A stretch of DNA of 64,000 nt from Raja brachyura (taxonomy: Eukaryota). The notes beneath the pieces were generated by a model. That model saw only the letters and a list, made by a program, of their open reading frames with translations, did not search any database and was not told where the DNA came from. The stretch covers positions 16,926,001 through 16,990,000 of the forward strand of contig OY740799.1 of the NCBI GenBank assembly GCA_963514005.1. The letters are read 5' to 3'. The position numbers and the translations under genes are program-made. Shown piece by piece: positions 53,561-64,000 of the stretch; within the stretch, counting starts at the first letter, position 1; the number at the start of each line of letters is the position of its first letter.

Positions 53561-54899
53561 TATAGCTGCACCAGAAGCCAGTGCAGGCACCATGGCCCCT
53601 CTGTGCTGAACCGTTGGCTGATTCTGGGGCAGTTTGGTGCTTGTTATAACAGTCAGACCATTTGGGATGAAAGCTCACTTCAGTTCCCTATCAGGAGCTG
53701 ATAACATTTCAAACCACACCACAGCGGCAATAACGGAAAACTCACAGAATTGCAAAATGGTTAGGCCTAAGGTGGAGGCCATTCTGCCCTTTCAAAATGT
53801 ACTGACCCTATACATGAACAATTTAATTAAACACGCTGCTCTGCCCACTCCCCATAGCCTTGTAAATTCTAGTCTTTCACAAAAATCCAGCTCACTGAGA
53901 ACTTATCTCCACTGGTTGTATTCCAGACCTATAACAAATTGTCACGTAAACAAATTGTCACTTTTGTTCTCTGTTGAGTCATTTTCATTCTATGTCTCCT
54001 AATTCCTGACCTCTCCCCTAATGAGAACAGTTTCTCTAAAATCCCTTATCCAGTAAAGTCTCCAAAGCCTTAAAATCATTCCTAAAGCATGGCACCCAAA
54101 GCCAGACACAATACTCCCGTTGAGGCCAAGCTTGTGTTTTAGAACGATTTATTGTGACGTTCTTGCTGTTGTATTCTGTGCCTCTATTTATAAAGCCCAG
54201 GATTCCATATACTTTTAAATCATTTTCTCGATTTGCCTCTTTTGTCGGTCATTCCATCCTTCCTGATGCCTGTTACTAGGCTCCGCACAATTAATTATTC
54301 CTCCAATTATCATTTCACCTGCAGATTTGGAAAATGTACCCTGTCTACCCAAGTCCAAATTATATTAAGAAGTAGATCCAGTAATAGCAGATTAACATCT
54401 GAGCACTTTAGACTAAATATCAACGTTGGTTTTTAATATTCCTACAGCTGATCAGAGTTTATTATAAGGATTTCAAACTTACAGTTGTGACTTTTCAGCT
54501 GAGAGCACAAACTGGTGACATTCTTTAATGTCCACAAAAACATACGGTTCGCATCCGTGTGGAGTAACAGAACAGAAACAGCTCACTCGCTGCATTATTA
54601 CACAAGGAGATGCAGCCCACTGCACACAGGATGAGACAGAGGTGCTTTCTGTGAGTAAGTAGTGTGTGGGTGTGTGTGAGGGATTATTTTACACCTTCCT
54701 CAGGTATCCAAAAAATCACATTTAGTCAGTGATTCAGATCATCAGTGAAATGCATCAGCTAGGATTACAAGTTACAACAAACATTAATGCTGTTCAGATA
54801 ACATTTGTGCTCTATCAGTGCATGTTCCTCAGACTTCAGCCGAGATTACCTGTTCCTGCAGACTTCAGCACTGAGAACCTTCTTATGAGCAGAGAGAGC

Positions 54900-55225
54900 C
54901 CAGTCCTTGCTCCAGCACAGAGTGCTGTGTCCTTACTCCAACAGAGTGCCTGCTCCTTATTCTAGCAGAGTAACTGCTCCTGCAGAGAGTGTCCGCTCCT
55001 TACTCCTTACTTCAGCAGAGAGTGCCCAGTCCTTACTCCAGCAGAATGCCTGTCCCTCACCCCAGCAGAGAGTGCCCAGTCCTTACTCCAGCAGAGAGTG
55101 CTGGCTCCTCACTCCAACAGAGTGCTGGCTCCTTACACCAGCAGAGAGTAGCTGCTCCTCACTCCAGCAGACAGTGCCCGGTCCTTACTTCAGCATAGAG
55201 TACCTGCTCCTTACTCCAATGGAGA
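54900..55225. repeat. Degenerate ~25-bp minisatellite
   Basis: Recurrent ctccttactccagcagagagtg units. Confidence 0.8.
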
Positions 55226-55391
55226 GTTTTTCCTCCCCCAGGTGCCACCCGTTACTTGGAGACTCCAAGGAATCTTTGGATAACAAAAACTGGGAGCTGA
55301 TAATGAAACAAGTTGTAGATCCCCAGGTTGTCAATAGACCAGTGTCCTCAACCCAGTCTGATGTTGATTAAATCTTCAGAACTGTTAGTTC

Positions 55392-55430
55392 CTTTAAATA
55401 TATAGTTCATGAGGTCACCAGCAGCCAATA
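55392..55430 (-). promoter_or_regulatory. Candidate core promoter of drd4-like gene
   Basis: TATATATTTAAAG on - strand with TGAGGTCA/TGACCTCA (55410-17) and CCAAT (55425-29) just upstream. Confidence 0.3.
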
Positions 55431-55584
55431 GACCTGGCCAGCAGTTCCCAGCAGGTTAATCCTGGTCTCAGTAAGAGAAGATTTTATATCTGTGCCTGCG
55501 GAGCAGGTGTTGGATGAATCTGTTGAAGACCAGCAATCGCAGAGCATTAAAGCTCCTCCCTGTCACCATATGTGGATACAGCAC

Positions 55585-55721
55585 TTCCTTCTACCTCCAC
55601 CCACTCTCTCTCTCTCTTTCTCTCCACTTCTACCTATTCATCACTTTTTCCCTTCTGCATCTACTTCTCCTTTATCTTCTTTTAAATTGTGTGTGTGTTT
55701 CCCTCTCTCTTTCTCCCTCAG

Positions 55722-55757
<36 letters not shown>

Positions 55758-55830
55758 TAATTTACTTTCCTTTTCCCTCTATCATCACCTCGCTCTTTCT
55801 ATCTCTTCCTCATCCTTGCTCTCTCTCTTA
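55585..55830. repeat. CT-rich low-complexity tract
   Basis: (CT)n and polypyrimidine runs. Confidence 0.8.
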
Positions 55831-56846
55831 CTGCACAGAATTGGTAACGCAGGTATCTGCGGGGGAGATGACAAAGTAGGAAGGGGCAAAGCCAGGGAGA
55901 AATGCAGAGTGAGAATTGCAACATTGTGTTGCTGGACAGGAGCCAATGGGGGGACTTTGATGAGCATTTCAGCTGTAGATGAATTGAGGGAGGAAAATAG
56001 ATGTGTGGTACAGTGTGGAAGGGATCAGTCTTGGTGACTGGAATACAACTGGGATCACAAAAGTTAACAGGTTTGTGTTCAGATTTCAGAAATTGGCAAG
56101 GGTGGGGAATGCAATTTAGACTGAGAAAATATATTTTTGTTGGTGGCTGAAGACAACAGTTTTGCTCTTCCCCACGTGTGGTTGGAAGCATTACCTTTAA
56201 TTTATTAATAGAACGGCAGCTTCGAACTATTTTTAAGCAGTGCCACTGCAGAATTTTCTGAGCACTAATTTCTGGCCAACCTCTATTTAATAAATAGACG
56301 AGCCGGTGTAAGTTGTTTGATGTTTGAAAGGGATTGCAGGTACAAAGAAACAAGCTGAGTCCCCTTGTTCTCTGCCGCTGCCTTGATGTCAATGCTGATG
56401 AAGAAGGCGGAAAAATGACACTTCATTTGGGAATAGGAAATTATCACAGCATCTATTCTGAAACATCCCGTTAACCCTTTCAATATCAACACAGTTTCTT
56501 TCTCTCTCCTATTATAATATCATAGAAACATAGAAAATAGGTGCAGCAGGGGGCCATTCGGCCCTTCGAGCCAGCACCGCCATTCATTGTGACCATGGCT
56601 GATGTCCCCAATCGATAACCTGTGCCTGCCTTCTCCCCATATCCCTTGATTCCACTAGCCCCCAGAGCTCTATCTAACTCTCTGTTAAATCCATTTAAGA
56701 GAGAGACTTCTTTGTCTTTTTTCTTAAGGACAATTTTGAAAGGGATGTACCAACAGAACCTAGTAGCCGCGAATGCCCACCCAACACCTAGAGTCCTGCG
56801 GTATCTTGTTGCACCATATGCCTTAAAGCTATCAAAGTAATTTAAA

Positions 56847-59421
56847 ATGCAAGACGATAAACAAAAGAAAATTGGAGGAATCACGTTTTGCAGTTGGAAC
56901 ATAAGGGGTGCTAATGAGCCAATTAAAAGGGGTAAGATTTTCGCACAATTGAAATCACTTAATTCAGACATAATCTTCTTACAAGAAACAAACCTGAAAC
57001 TGCAAGCCCAGAACAGATTGAAGGCAAATTGGATAGGTCAAACATATCATTCTTCATATATCTCTAAATCTAGAGGTACGGCAATTATTATTCGTAAAGG
57101 TGTACCATTTAAATCAAAGAACATCATAACAGATAAAGAGGGGAGATATCTCATAGTTACCGGAGAGATCCACTCTACCCCAATCCACTATGGTAAATAT
57201 TTATGTGCCTAATTTTGATAATCCCCAATTTTTTAATAAAATCCTGAATATAATCTCAGAGTTTAATTATCAAATGTGATAATTGGGGGAGACTTCAATT
57301 GCGTTTTAGATCCTTACTCTTACTCTTAATCCTAAGAGGTAATACTCTTTTTACTCAATGGTAGATAAAACTTATTCACGTATCGACTATTTTTTAGTGG
57401 ATACGAAATTAATTCCTTTCACAAAGAATCCTAAATATCATAACAGCATTATCTTCGATCACTCCCCGTTAACTTTTTTCTTAAAACTAGAAGGAATGCC
57501 TAATAAAAAATCGTTTTGAAGGTTTAATCCTCAAATTCTAAATGACCCACAAGGTGGTATATATCTAAAACAGCAGATGGAACTTTTTTTTTAGACTAAC
57601 GACACCGCAGGTATTTCACCCTCTTTACTATGGGAATCTTTTAAGGCATTTATCAGAGGATCTATAATTTCATATCAAGCTTTTCAAAATAAAAAGAATA
57701 AGAATGAAAAAATGCAGTTAGAAGAACGAATTAGACAACTGGATGTAGATAATGCTAAAGAGCCAACCACAGATAAACATAATAAAATAACAATATTGAA
57801 ATTTAAAGTAAACAGAATATTATCTGCAAACGTTATAAGAATATTTCAAATTAAAAAACAGGAAGACTTTGAATTCGACGATAAACCACATAAACTTTTG
57901 GCACGCCAATTGAAAAAAATGGGAAAAAGGTCATACGATTTTAAAAATTTAAACAGATAAAGGTGAATTGGTAACATTACCAAATGATATCAATAAAAGA
58001 TTTGCTTCATTTTATCAAAATTTATATATATATCTAAATCGTCAGCAGATAGTACTAAAGTTATAATGTTTTTGGATAACTGTAACCTCCCAAAACTTAA
58101 GGGCCTGTCCCACCAGCATGCAACTCTATGCGATGAACGCGATCAAACTAGAAGCGGGGGCCGCGCGGAGGTCGGGTGATCCCCTGTACAGGGCCGTTCC
58201 CACCAGCATGCGCCTGCATGCGGCAAGCGCGACCAAACGGCAGCAGGGCCGCGCGGAGGTCGGGTGAGTGGCGCAACGCGGCGCAAAGTGAGGCGAACGG
58301 TGCGAAGTCTAAGGTAAGTTCGCCAGGACAGAGAGGGGCGCACAGAGAGGGGCACAGAGGCACACACACACACAGGGCCACGGAGCCACACACATAGAGG
58401 ATCACGGAGGCACTTACAAATAGGTTCACAGAAGCACGATGTCGGGGCGGTGTGTAATTGTCGAGCCGACAAGCCGTTGCCGCGTGGAATTTTTGGACAT
58501 TATCAGTTTTTTGGAGCCCCGCGCGACGAACTCGGGACGAACTCCGCACAATTCCGCACGGCTCTGACGATCGAAGTGGGACCGGCCCCACAACGCCGGA
58601 CGGCTCAAGCGACCACGTTAGGTCGCGTTAATCGCATAGAGTTGCATGTTGGTGGGACAGGCCCTTTAATCTGCTGGAACAGGAGGAATTAGGAGCTCAG
58701 GTCTTAATTAAGGAAATAGAAGAGACAATAAATTCACTGCAGAATGGTAAAACACCAGGACCGGATGGATTTAGTATGAATTTTATAAACGATTTTACGA
58801 GATAATTTCACCACGGTTACAAAAACTGTATACATACGCTTTCAAAGAACAAACATTACCAGAAACATTAGCGGAATTAACCATTACACTCATACCTAAA
58901 AAAGATGAAGATTTAGAAGATAGAGCCATCGCACTGTTAAATACAGATCAAAAAATATTAGCGAAAACTTTAGCAAGAAGATTGAGTAAACGTGTTAGCA
59001 AATTAAAAAATGCGGATCAAATGGGGTTTACACCCAAGAGATATTCATTCAAAAATTTGAGATGTCCGTTTAATATAATGCACTCATACAAAACTGAAGA
59101 GCAAGACCTATCAATTATTTCATTGGACGCAGAAAAAGCATTCGATCAAGTGAAATGGGATTACCTCTTCAAAGTATTGCAAACATTTCAAATAGGAAAG
59201 AACTTTATCTCATGGGTAAAACTATTATATGACAAGCCGACTGCTAGAATATTAACTAATAACATGCTGTCTCCAAAATGTCAACTTTCCAGGGGAAATA
59301 GACAGGGATGTGCACTATCACCCCTGCTATTTGCTCTTGTAATAGAACCCTTAGCTGAAATCATAAGAACACATCCGAATATCCACGGTTATAATACAAA
59401 ATACTCAAATAATAAAATATC
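56847..59421 (+). mobile_element. Degenerate L1-clade LINE ORF2 (APE endonuclease + partial RT)
   Basis: SWNIRG...IIFLQET, GGDFN, SRIDYF, DHSP, KTPGPDG, SLDAEKAFD, RQGCALSPLLF; frameshifts; ends before YADD. Confidence 0.88.
58100..58665. mobile_element. PIF/Harbinger-like MITE inserted in L1 ORF2
   Basis: 35-bp TIR AGGGCCTGTCCCACCAGCATGCAACTCTATGCGAT, exact TTA TSD; excision restores L1 frame PKLNLLEQEEL...KTPGPDGF. Confidence 0.88.
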
Positions 59422-59442
59422 ATGTGTGAGAGAGAAAAAGGT

Positions 59443-59731
59443 CAGTTTAGTTGGAGATACAGCATGGCCACAGGCCCTTCGGTCCACCAAGTCTATGCCA
59501 ACCATCAAGTTCTATGTTATCCCATTTTTTCATCCACTTCATACACACGAGGGGGCAATTTACAGAGGCCAATTAACCTACAAACTCACACGTTTTTGGG
59601 ATGTGGGAGGAAACACACACGGTCACGGGCAGAACATGCAAACTCCACACAGACAGCACCCAACGTCAGGATCAAACTCGGGTCTATGGTGCTCTGAGGC
59701 AGCAGCTCTCTGCTGCACCACTGTGCCACCT
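59443..59731 (-). mobile_element. tRNA-derived V-SINE at the 3' break of the L1
   Basis: V-domain and tail adjoining L1 RT. Confidence 0.75.
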
Positions 59732-60317
59732 TTAAATTGCAGCTGAACAAGGAAATGTGGTGGGACAACAAGATTAATGGATTGCTCCCCCAGTAGCCAA
59801 CATGCACTTGATGCCTCCTGTGTGTTAAGTATAAGATTGAATAAGATGATTTTAGGTTAGAGGGATGTTAATTAAATTAGAGAAAGGTTAGTCAAAATGT
59901 GAGCAAAAATAGCCTCTGTGGAGTCAAAACTGTCTCCCAGGGATTAACTATCAGGGCTGGTTAACTGAAGTCACCGTCTGGAGATTTGGAATTAGTAGTA
60001 CCTGCAAAAAAAAGTTCCACAATCAGAGTCTTAAATATAAATGTTGCATATAGCATAGATGTACGGTGTGTTTAGTTTAGTTTATTGTCACGTGTACCAA
60101 GGTCCGGGGAAAACCTTTGTTGTCTGCTAATCACATTGGCTATGGTAGATTAGGAAGCTACATTAAAAGGTATTATAGTAAAACACCATTGGCTGGAGGC
60201 TTATTACGTAGTTTACAACACATATATATCACTGTTTGATTAAAAGCATGCAGGAAAACAAGTCCATTCTTGGCTAAGATAAGAATGTTTCAAAACTTTC
60301 CAAAACATTTGGGCCGT

Positions 60318-60630
60318 GGGCGGCACGGTGGCGCATTGGTAGAGCTGCTGCCTAACAACGCTTGCAACGTCGGAGACCCAGGTCGATGCTTACTATGGGT
60401 GCTGTCTGTACGGAGTTTGTATGTTCTCCCCATGACCTGCGTGGGTTTTCTCAGAAATCTTCGGTTTTCTCCCACACTCTAAAGACGAACAGGCATGCAG
60501 GTAAATTGGCTTAGTATAAATGTAAATTGTCCCTAATGTGTGTTGCATTGGTGTGCAGGGATTGTTGGTCATTGCAGACTCCGTTGGTCGACGGGCCTGT
60601 TTCCATGCTGTATTTCTAAACTAAATTAAA
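60318..60630 (+). mobile_element. tRNA-derived V-SINE (HE1-like)
   Basis: ggcggcacggtggcgca head, V-domain, ctaaactaaa tail. Confidence 0.85.
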
Positions 60631-61694
60631 CATTGCTCAAAAGAACATTGGGAAATGTGCGAGGATTGTGAAAAACGTCATTATTCAGCTAATGGCGATC
60701 AAGAAACAGATGAAGAAAGAGAAATAAAAATATGAGAAGCGAACAATATGAAATTGCCTTTGTTTAGAAGAGTGGGAGTGGACTTAACTGTAGCATATAA
60801 GATCCTGAAGGATCTTGTCAAAGTGGACGTGGAGAGGATGTTACCTTCTGTGGGAGAAACAAAACTAGGGATGCTGTTTAAAAAGTAAGGTGGTTACCAA
60901 ATTAAGACAAAGTCAAAGTTTTATTATCTCAGAGTATCGTGTGTTTTTGGGACTCTTTCCCAAAGGATGATGTTTCTGAAGCAATGGTAGATACATTTTT
61001 GATGGTAAAGAGCTGTAAGATAGTTGCGAGTAAACAGGAGTGCAGACTTGTGGTTATAATCAGATTAAATGAGACAGCTGGCTCTAGGGTCTGAGGTTAT
61101 TCCTGCTAATTCCCCTGTTTCCTTTGTTTGTATATTCATATATATGTTTGCTTTTGGAAACAACAACAGACTGTAAAAGCCTCTATAAATATGTAAATGG
61201 AAAACATTGGCAAAAGTTTATGTAGGTCTTTAGCAGTTTTTATTGAATGTATAACCAGTGATGAGACAAAACTAATGGATGTGATCTTTTAGATTCCAGA
61301 GGCTTTCGATAAATTATCATACGAGAGGTTATAAAACCAAGTCAGAACACATGGGATTATGAATCATACCGGTGTGGATTGCGGATTGGTTAGCAGATAG
61401 AAACAGGGGATAATAAAAGAAGTGATGACAGTGAAACAAATTCATTAGTGATGATTGAATCAACAGATTTAATCACCAGCTGCGTCCAAACAATGAAGCA
61501 TAATTAAAGTAATTTAATCTTCACTTATCACGGAGTGAAGCCTACCCTTGGCACAGCCATGTGTCAGTACATGTCAGGTGGAGCAGGCAGGGGTCCAAGA
61601 AGTGGACATTAGATGCAATTGAGCCTCTCCCATTCTCCACATGAACCCATAACCCCTCTCCATCCAAATGCAGTTTATACCCATGTGAATGAAA

Positions 61695-61840
61695 GAACTG
61701 CTGATGCTGGTTTACACCAAAGATAGACCAAAGATAGTCTGAAGAAGGGTCTCGACCCGAAACATCACCCATTCCTTCTCTCCAGAGATGTTGCCTGACC
61801 AGCTGAGTTACTCCAGCATTTTGTGCCTATCTTTGGTTTA
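61695..61840 (+). mobile_element. Penelope-like repeat copy with hammerhead core
   Basis: CTGAAGA agggtctcgaccc GAAA CATC at 61739-61766 followed by the family body (ctccagagatg...ctgagttactccagcattttgtg). Confidence 0.65.
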
Positions 61841-64000
61841 TACTCACATGATTTTGAACTTTGACCTTCTCTTGACCTTCATTGGGGAAAGTTGTATATT
61901 GTGGCAGTCCAAGAATAATGTCTAATCTGATGTGATCTGTATACCACGGTGAGGGAGAATAATCTGGGGTTGGAAAGGTGTGCCCAGATTGGAAACCATG
62001 GCTTTTTATTTAATGTTACTTGTGGAGGTGTTACAGGCCCATCAATGCAATAATACACAAATAATTATACAGTAATCAAGAATACCATAAATGAATAATC
62101 AGTAATATTGGGTTACCAGACTATAATAGTGTAAACTGAAACCTAAAGTGTAATCAAAATAACGCCCGCCGTAGATCATAGATGCTGAGGTCAGGTTTTG
62201 GTTAGTGTTGAGAAGTGTTAAGAGCCTGATGGTTGTTGGGAAGAAGTTGTTCTTGAACATGGTCACAATTTCCATGCTTTGGTACCTTCTTCCCGTTGGT
62301 AATGGTGAGATAAAACTGTGGCCCGTGTAGTGTGGGTATTTGATGATATTGGTTGTCGCTTTGAGGCAGAACCTAGAAGATTACAGCACAGGAAATGTTT
62401 GGGACAACATGAAAGGGTGAGATTCCAGTGGTATCTTAACAGATTGGAAATTTATCAGAGATAGAATGAGATGTACAAGGGAGAGAATCATAAAATTGAA
62501 AAAAACGTTTAAAGAGGGAGAAGCTGGAAAAGAAGAGAGGCGAGAAAAGCACAGATTAGGAAAAGGCTAGTGAACAAAACTGAGAAAGAGTGGGAGATGT
62601 GGACATCATAATAGGATGGCAGAAAATGGCAAACCTGGAGAGACTGTGTCGAATTAGAGATTTGGAGTGCAAAAATATTCCAAAATATATATCTTGGTCT
62701 TATATAGACATTAAGCTAAATCAGGGCATGTCTTTATCTGCATTCATTTTACCAACAATTCAATATGTTGTATCATCGCCACCTAATGTTTTCTTCTTAA
62801 ACACTAAATCACTGAAGTATTTGAGAAGCTTTTCACAAGGCCCAGCAGGAGCAGGAGCTGTTTACTCTTTACTCGGTGAGCTTCAAGTGAACAAGGAATT
62901 TCATTTTGTGGTTGACAACAAACCACTCTAAACGTGAGTTCTGGTGGAGATTCATAAGCTAATGTAGGATGTGTGTTTTAGTGCACTGGAGCATCTGATT
63001 GTGAGGTCTATTAACGCTGATCACCCAAAGAGTTCAATGAAAGCTTGTTTCCATAAAACCTTCTGTTTAATGACTACATCGATTGAAATTCTAATTTGCT
63101 TCTTCATTGATAACATTTGAATGTTTGTTCTCTGCCTGTATCTGATTCTCTCGCTGCCCAGTAACCAGTTCCTTTGATCCCTCCTAAATGAATCACAAAG
63201 CCACACTCCGCTTAGATTGAAATAGCCAAGGGTAAAGCTATCTCCAATTCATCCATTCAACAAACTCACTGCAGAATAAGATCTGGTTCCATCATCCAAG
63301 AAATAGCCAGAAACTTGTATGGATCTCATATCAGATAGAATTTGAATCAAGTCTAGCTCTCTGTGTCCGAACATCCTGAATCTCCTATTTAATAGCCAAA
63401 CATTGATTGTGTTGCTTTGTTACTCCAAGATTCAAAACTGAGTAGTTAATAGGTTGAGCAGTTATCTTATTGCAATCTTATTATCAATGTCCCAGTAGAT
63501 CTGCATGGGTTTATGCAACTTAAAATCCTTGAGTTAAACTCCTTGTGGATTTGGATGATTTGGTGTCCCGGGAATCAAGTTTGAGAAAATAGGGACTGCA
63601 GGGTCTCGTTTGTGGGAAAGGAGGATTGGAGAGTTTGCTCTCAGCAGTGGGAATTCCAGGAGGAAGGGTGAGACTGGCAATCAGGTCTGGGAGAAAGCCG
63701 TTTTCAGGGGTTTAGGGAGAGCATTATTGCAGCAGGGTGTTCTGCTGGGATCAAAGGGGTCTATGAATAGTCCAGATCCCCAAAGCTGTAACTGTGGAAC
63801 ATAATTTTACTTCGGAGTCCCGTGAAGAACCCCGTCTCGACCGCATGCTCGTCAGTACGTCAGCCGCACTGGCGCAAGCACCAGACTGGCAGGGCAGCGC
63901 TCCTGCCAGCGGTAAGTTAAACCTAGAGATAAGTTTGTTTTTACTTACATGGGGTTTTTTCAGGCAGGAGCCTCTCTTCACAGAGGTTTCTGCCAGTTTC

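Noticed and set aside
55492-56392. Overlapping 120-200 aa ORFs
   Set aside because: Driven by CT-rich low complexity; no domain features
56386-56420. CTGATGA...GAAA hammerhead-like boxes
   Set aside because: Intervening agaaggcg cannot form helix II and no helix III/cleavage triplet fits
62590-63206. Short ORFs near the window end as exons of another gene
   Set aside because: In-frame stops before candidate donors and no recognisable homology

Overview
Vertebrate genomic DNA, most likely from a cartilaginous fish (skate/ray), inferred from HE1/V-SINE-type SINEs and CR1 repeats. The + strand carries the last 33 coding exons (989..41729, 1505 aa) of a kielin/chordin-like gene (kcp): about 20 VWC repeats followed by VWD(GDPH)-C8-TIL, with the 5' part outside the window. 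An intact 4-coding-exon D4-type dopamine receptor (drd4-rs-like, 381 aa, 49995..45165) converges on it from the - strand. Introns and intergenic DNA hold CR1, Rex-like and L1 LINE fragments, tRNA-derived V-SINEs, four PIF/Harbinger-type MITEs and minisatellites. The most notable observation is a 142-bp TSD-flanked retroposed element (27146..27287, -). Its first 54 nt fold by hand into a minimal HDV/CPEB3-like self-cleaving ribozyme that starts exactly at the insertion junction. A second dispersed repeat family carries Penelope-type minimal hammerhead cores. Exon boundaries were derived by hand from GT-AG sites and frame continuity; repeat boundaries are approximate.
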